Shown: in pieces, positions 62,314-64,000 of the stretch
How positions within the stretch are numbered: position 1 is the stretch's first letter
Layout: the number at the start of each line of letters is the position of its first letter
From: Macrostomum hystrix
Taxonomy: Eukaryota > Animalia > Platyhelminthes
Length of the DNA stretch: 64,000 nt
Reading direction: 5' to 3'
NCBI GenBank assembly: GCA_950097015.1
Contig: CATNEN010000033.1
Span: 620,001-684,000 of the forward strand
Position numbers and translations under genes: made by a program
Notes under the pieces: generated by a model
Told to the model about the DNA's origin: nothing
Database searches by the model: none
The model's input: only the letters and a program-made list of their open reading frames with translations

Positions 62314-62772
62314 ATGTCATCACTGGGTGGGCGGCACAATGGCGGAGATCGAGATCGAGATATCGACAGAGAGGATCACAACTCTGGCAACGACAAACCG
62401 ATCTCGTGCCCTACCGTCAGTAGCAGCACAGATGTCGTGATTGGCACTGAGCGACGTCGACGAAGGCACAGCTCGGATAGTAGTTCAGACTCGGATTTTG
62501 CTATTCTGCTTTCACGTCAACGTGTTCAGTACGTATTGCATCGTCCAGGTGTCGTGCGCATTTACAATCAGAGATTTGGAATTGTGAACGCCAATCCGAC
62601 ACGTGATTTAGCCGGCCAATTGCAACTGCCGCAGCATGCGCAAGTGACCGATATACAGTCACCAATTATAAGCAGCAGCAGCAGCAACAGTAACAATGGC
62701 GGCACTGGCACTGAAAGAGAGCGCGGCGATGCCAATCGTGCTGCAAATAACCCAGATTTGAATGACATGTAG
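62314..62772 (+). CDS. S3 protein copy
   Basis: Near-identical to 25873..26331. Confidence 0.65.
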   Translation: MSSLGGRHNGGDRDRDIDREDHNSGNDKPISCPTVSSSTDVVIGTERRRRRHSSDSSSDSDFAILLSRQRVQYVLHRPGVVRIYNQRFGIVNANPTRDLAGQLQLPQHAQVTDIQSPIISSSSSNSNNGGTGTERERGDANRAANNPDLNDM

Positions 62773-63285
62773 CAATTGTTTTGTTAAGCACTGTTGCCAT
62801 TGCTTATAATGAAATTAATTAACTGATTAATATAATTAGAAGTTTCATGTATTTGATTCATACATCAGAGTATTTAAAATCGACAGTTCATGATGCCTGC
62901 AAATGTTTTAAAGTACTTTTATATACACTAGCTCTCGTTCACCTTCACGTGGTATATTCAAAGCATAAGAGTTTGCCGTCACTATTGACAATATATTGTC
63001 GCGTTTACCATTAATCATAATCAGACGACTGATGAGATCAGTCAGTAATAAAATATTAATACGCGAACACAGATGTGTGCAGGTAGTCAACCGGTAATTA
63101 TTAATACGGTTTTTATTAAATTTCACCAATACATATAGAGTATAAATATATATAGAATTTCATTGGTTGAACAAATAATCGTGCCATTCTACAATTAGTC
63201 TGATTTGCAAAGTCGCGAGAGCAAAAATAAACGTGTAAACTATAATACATAAAATTCTGCATATAAATTCTGTATTTTACAGCAT

Positions 63286-63666
63286 TCATTGTTCGATGTA
63301 CCAATAGCGAACTCCATGTATGATGAGCTGAAGTTCAGCTTGGGCTTCCTCTAAAAGCTCTAGCACTTCGATGATGTCTTGTGCTTCATCGTCTCTTACA
63401 CCAGTCACGGACAAGACAGCCTGATAGTCTTCTGCTGACCGGTGCTTTTGCAGCCATTGTTGAGTGCGCCGTAATAATAAACATAGCTCATTAGCGTTGT
63501 ACTCTGCATTTGGAACACCGCGTTGCAAACTAGGTAGCTGCTCGAAGCACCCTCGATGCGCTATGAACCGGCCAATGCAATCTATGCGACAGCTGAGAAA
63601 GAGTTGAAATACGCGCGGCTGAAGATACATTTGTACTAACTGCATCTGATCGGCAATTAACGACAT
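63286..63666 (-). CDS. S1 protein copy
   Basis: Intact; 1 aa difference from 26842..27222. Confidence 0.75.
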   Translation of the reverse strand: MSLIADQMQLVQMYLQPRVFQLFLSCRIDCIGRFIAHRGCFEQLPSLQRGVPNAEYNANELCLLLRRTQQWLQKHRSAEDYQAVLSVTGVRDDEAQDIIEVLELLEEAQAELQLIIHGVRYWYIEQ

Positions 63667-63954
63667 GTTCAGTCAGTTAGTAAATCAAGTAAAGCAAAAA
63701 ATAGTTTTGTTAAAAAAAATTCTAAACTTTAATCGTTTAATAAGAAGCGATATACTAATATTAATATTAATGCGATAAGAAGCCCCCATAGAGTATAATT
63801 TATCGAACACAGGTGAGTCAGTCCAGAGACAAATCAAATGAATACAGGCCAGTCTGGGTATTAAGAACAAGAAATCTTTCTCGGCCAAGAAATCAGCCCA
63901 CAACCAACGCCATACGGACAGAAGCTACAGGATAGCGAGCGACACAGCACGGAC

Positions 63955-64000
63955 ATGAGCAACAATAGCAACAAATTTCCCTCCTTCACCGCGGCGTTCC
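63955..64000 (+). CDS. S2 protein, 5' end (cut by the window edge)
   Basis: MSNNSNKFPSFTAAF at the expected position after the S1/S2 spacer. Confidence 0.6.
   Translation, partial: MSNNSNKFPSFTAAF

Larger units (their letters stand above)
16230..64000. mobile_element. Rearranged multi-copy array of an unclassified SF3-helicase / tyrosine-recombinase DNA element (also 1..704)
   Basis: The same genes and spacers recur 2-5 times; 56.85-64 kb closely duplicates 19.0-27.5 kb; shared TTTTCGCGAAAA motifs throughout. Confidence 0.8.

Noticed and set aside
1-64000. Host species assignment (polyQ/polyA style recalls the flatworm Macrostomum)
   Set aside because: Impression only; no marker gene in the window

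Overview
Eukaryotic (invertebrate-like) repeat-rich DNA; no ordinary host gene is recognisable. (1) About 0.7-15 kb is a nest of known TE types: a truncated non-LTR retroelement, remnants of two different Polinton/Maverick elements (each with its own packaging ATPase), an apparently intact IS630/Tc1-mariner transposon inserted in one of them, a decayed Ty3/Gypsy element, and minisatellites. (2) Positions 1-704 and about 16.2-64 kb are rearranged, partly tandem copies of one multi-gene element that I cannot assign to a named family. It encodes, with spliceosomal introns: two divergent paralogs of a protein with a disordered N-terminus, a catalytically dead HUH-Rep-like domain and an SF3 helicase (the polyomavirus LT / papillomavirus E1 layout); a 3-exon zinc-finger plus tyrosine-recombinase-like protein (944 aa); a paralog with the zinc fingers only; an acidic 31-aa repeat protein; and small gene families called here S1/S1b, S2 and S3. 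Its non-coding parts carry ~100-bp tandem arrays with the perfect palindrome GTATTTTCGCGAAAATAC, three tRNA-like units with TATA box, B box and T-run, and a covarying branched hairpin. No capsid or DNA polymerase gene was seen in it. Best reading (inference): an integrated, recombinase-mobilised, helicase-replicated DNA element. Domain calls come from motifs read by eye and need HMM or structure confirmation. The labels Z1, AR and S1-S3 are mine.
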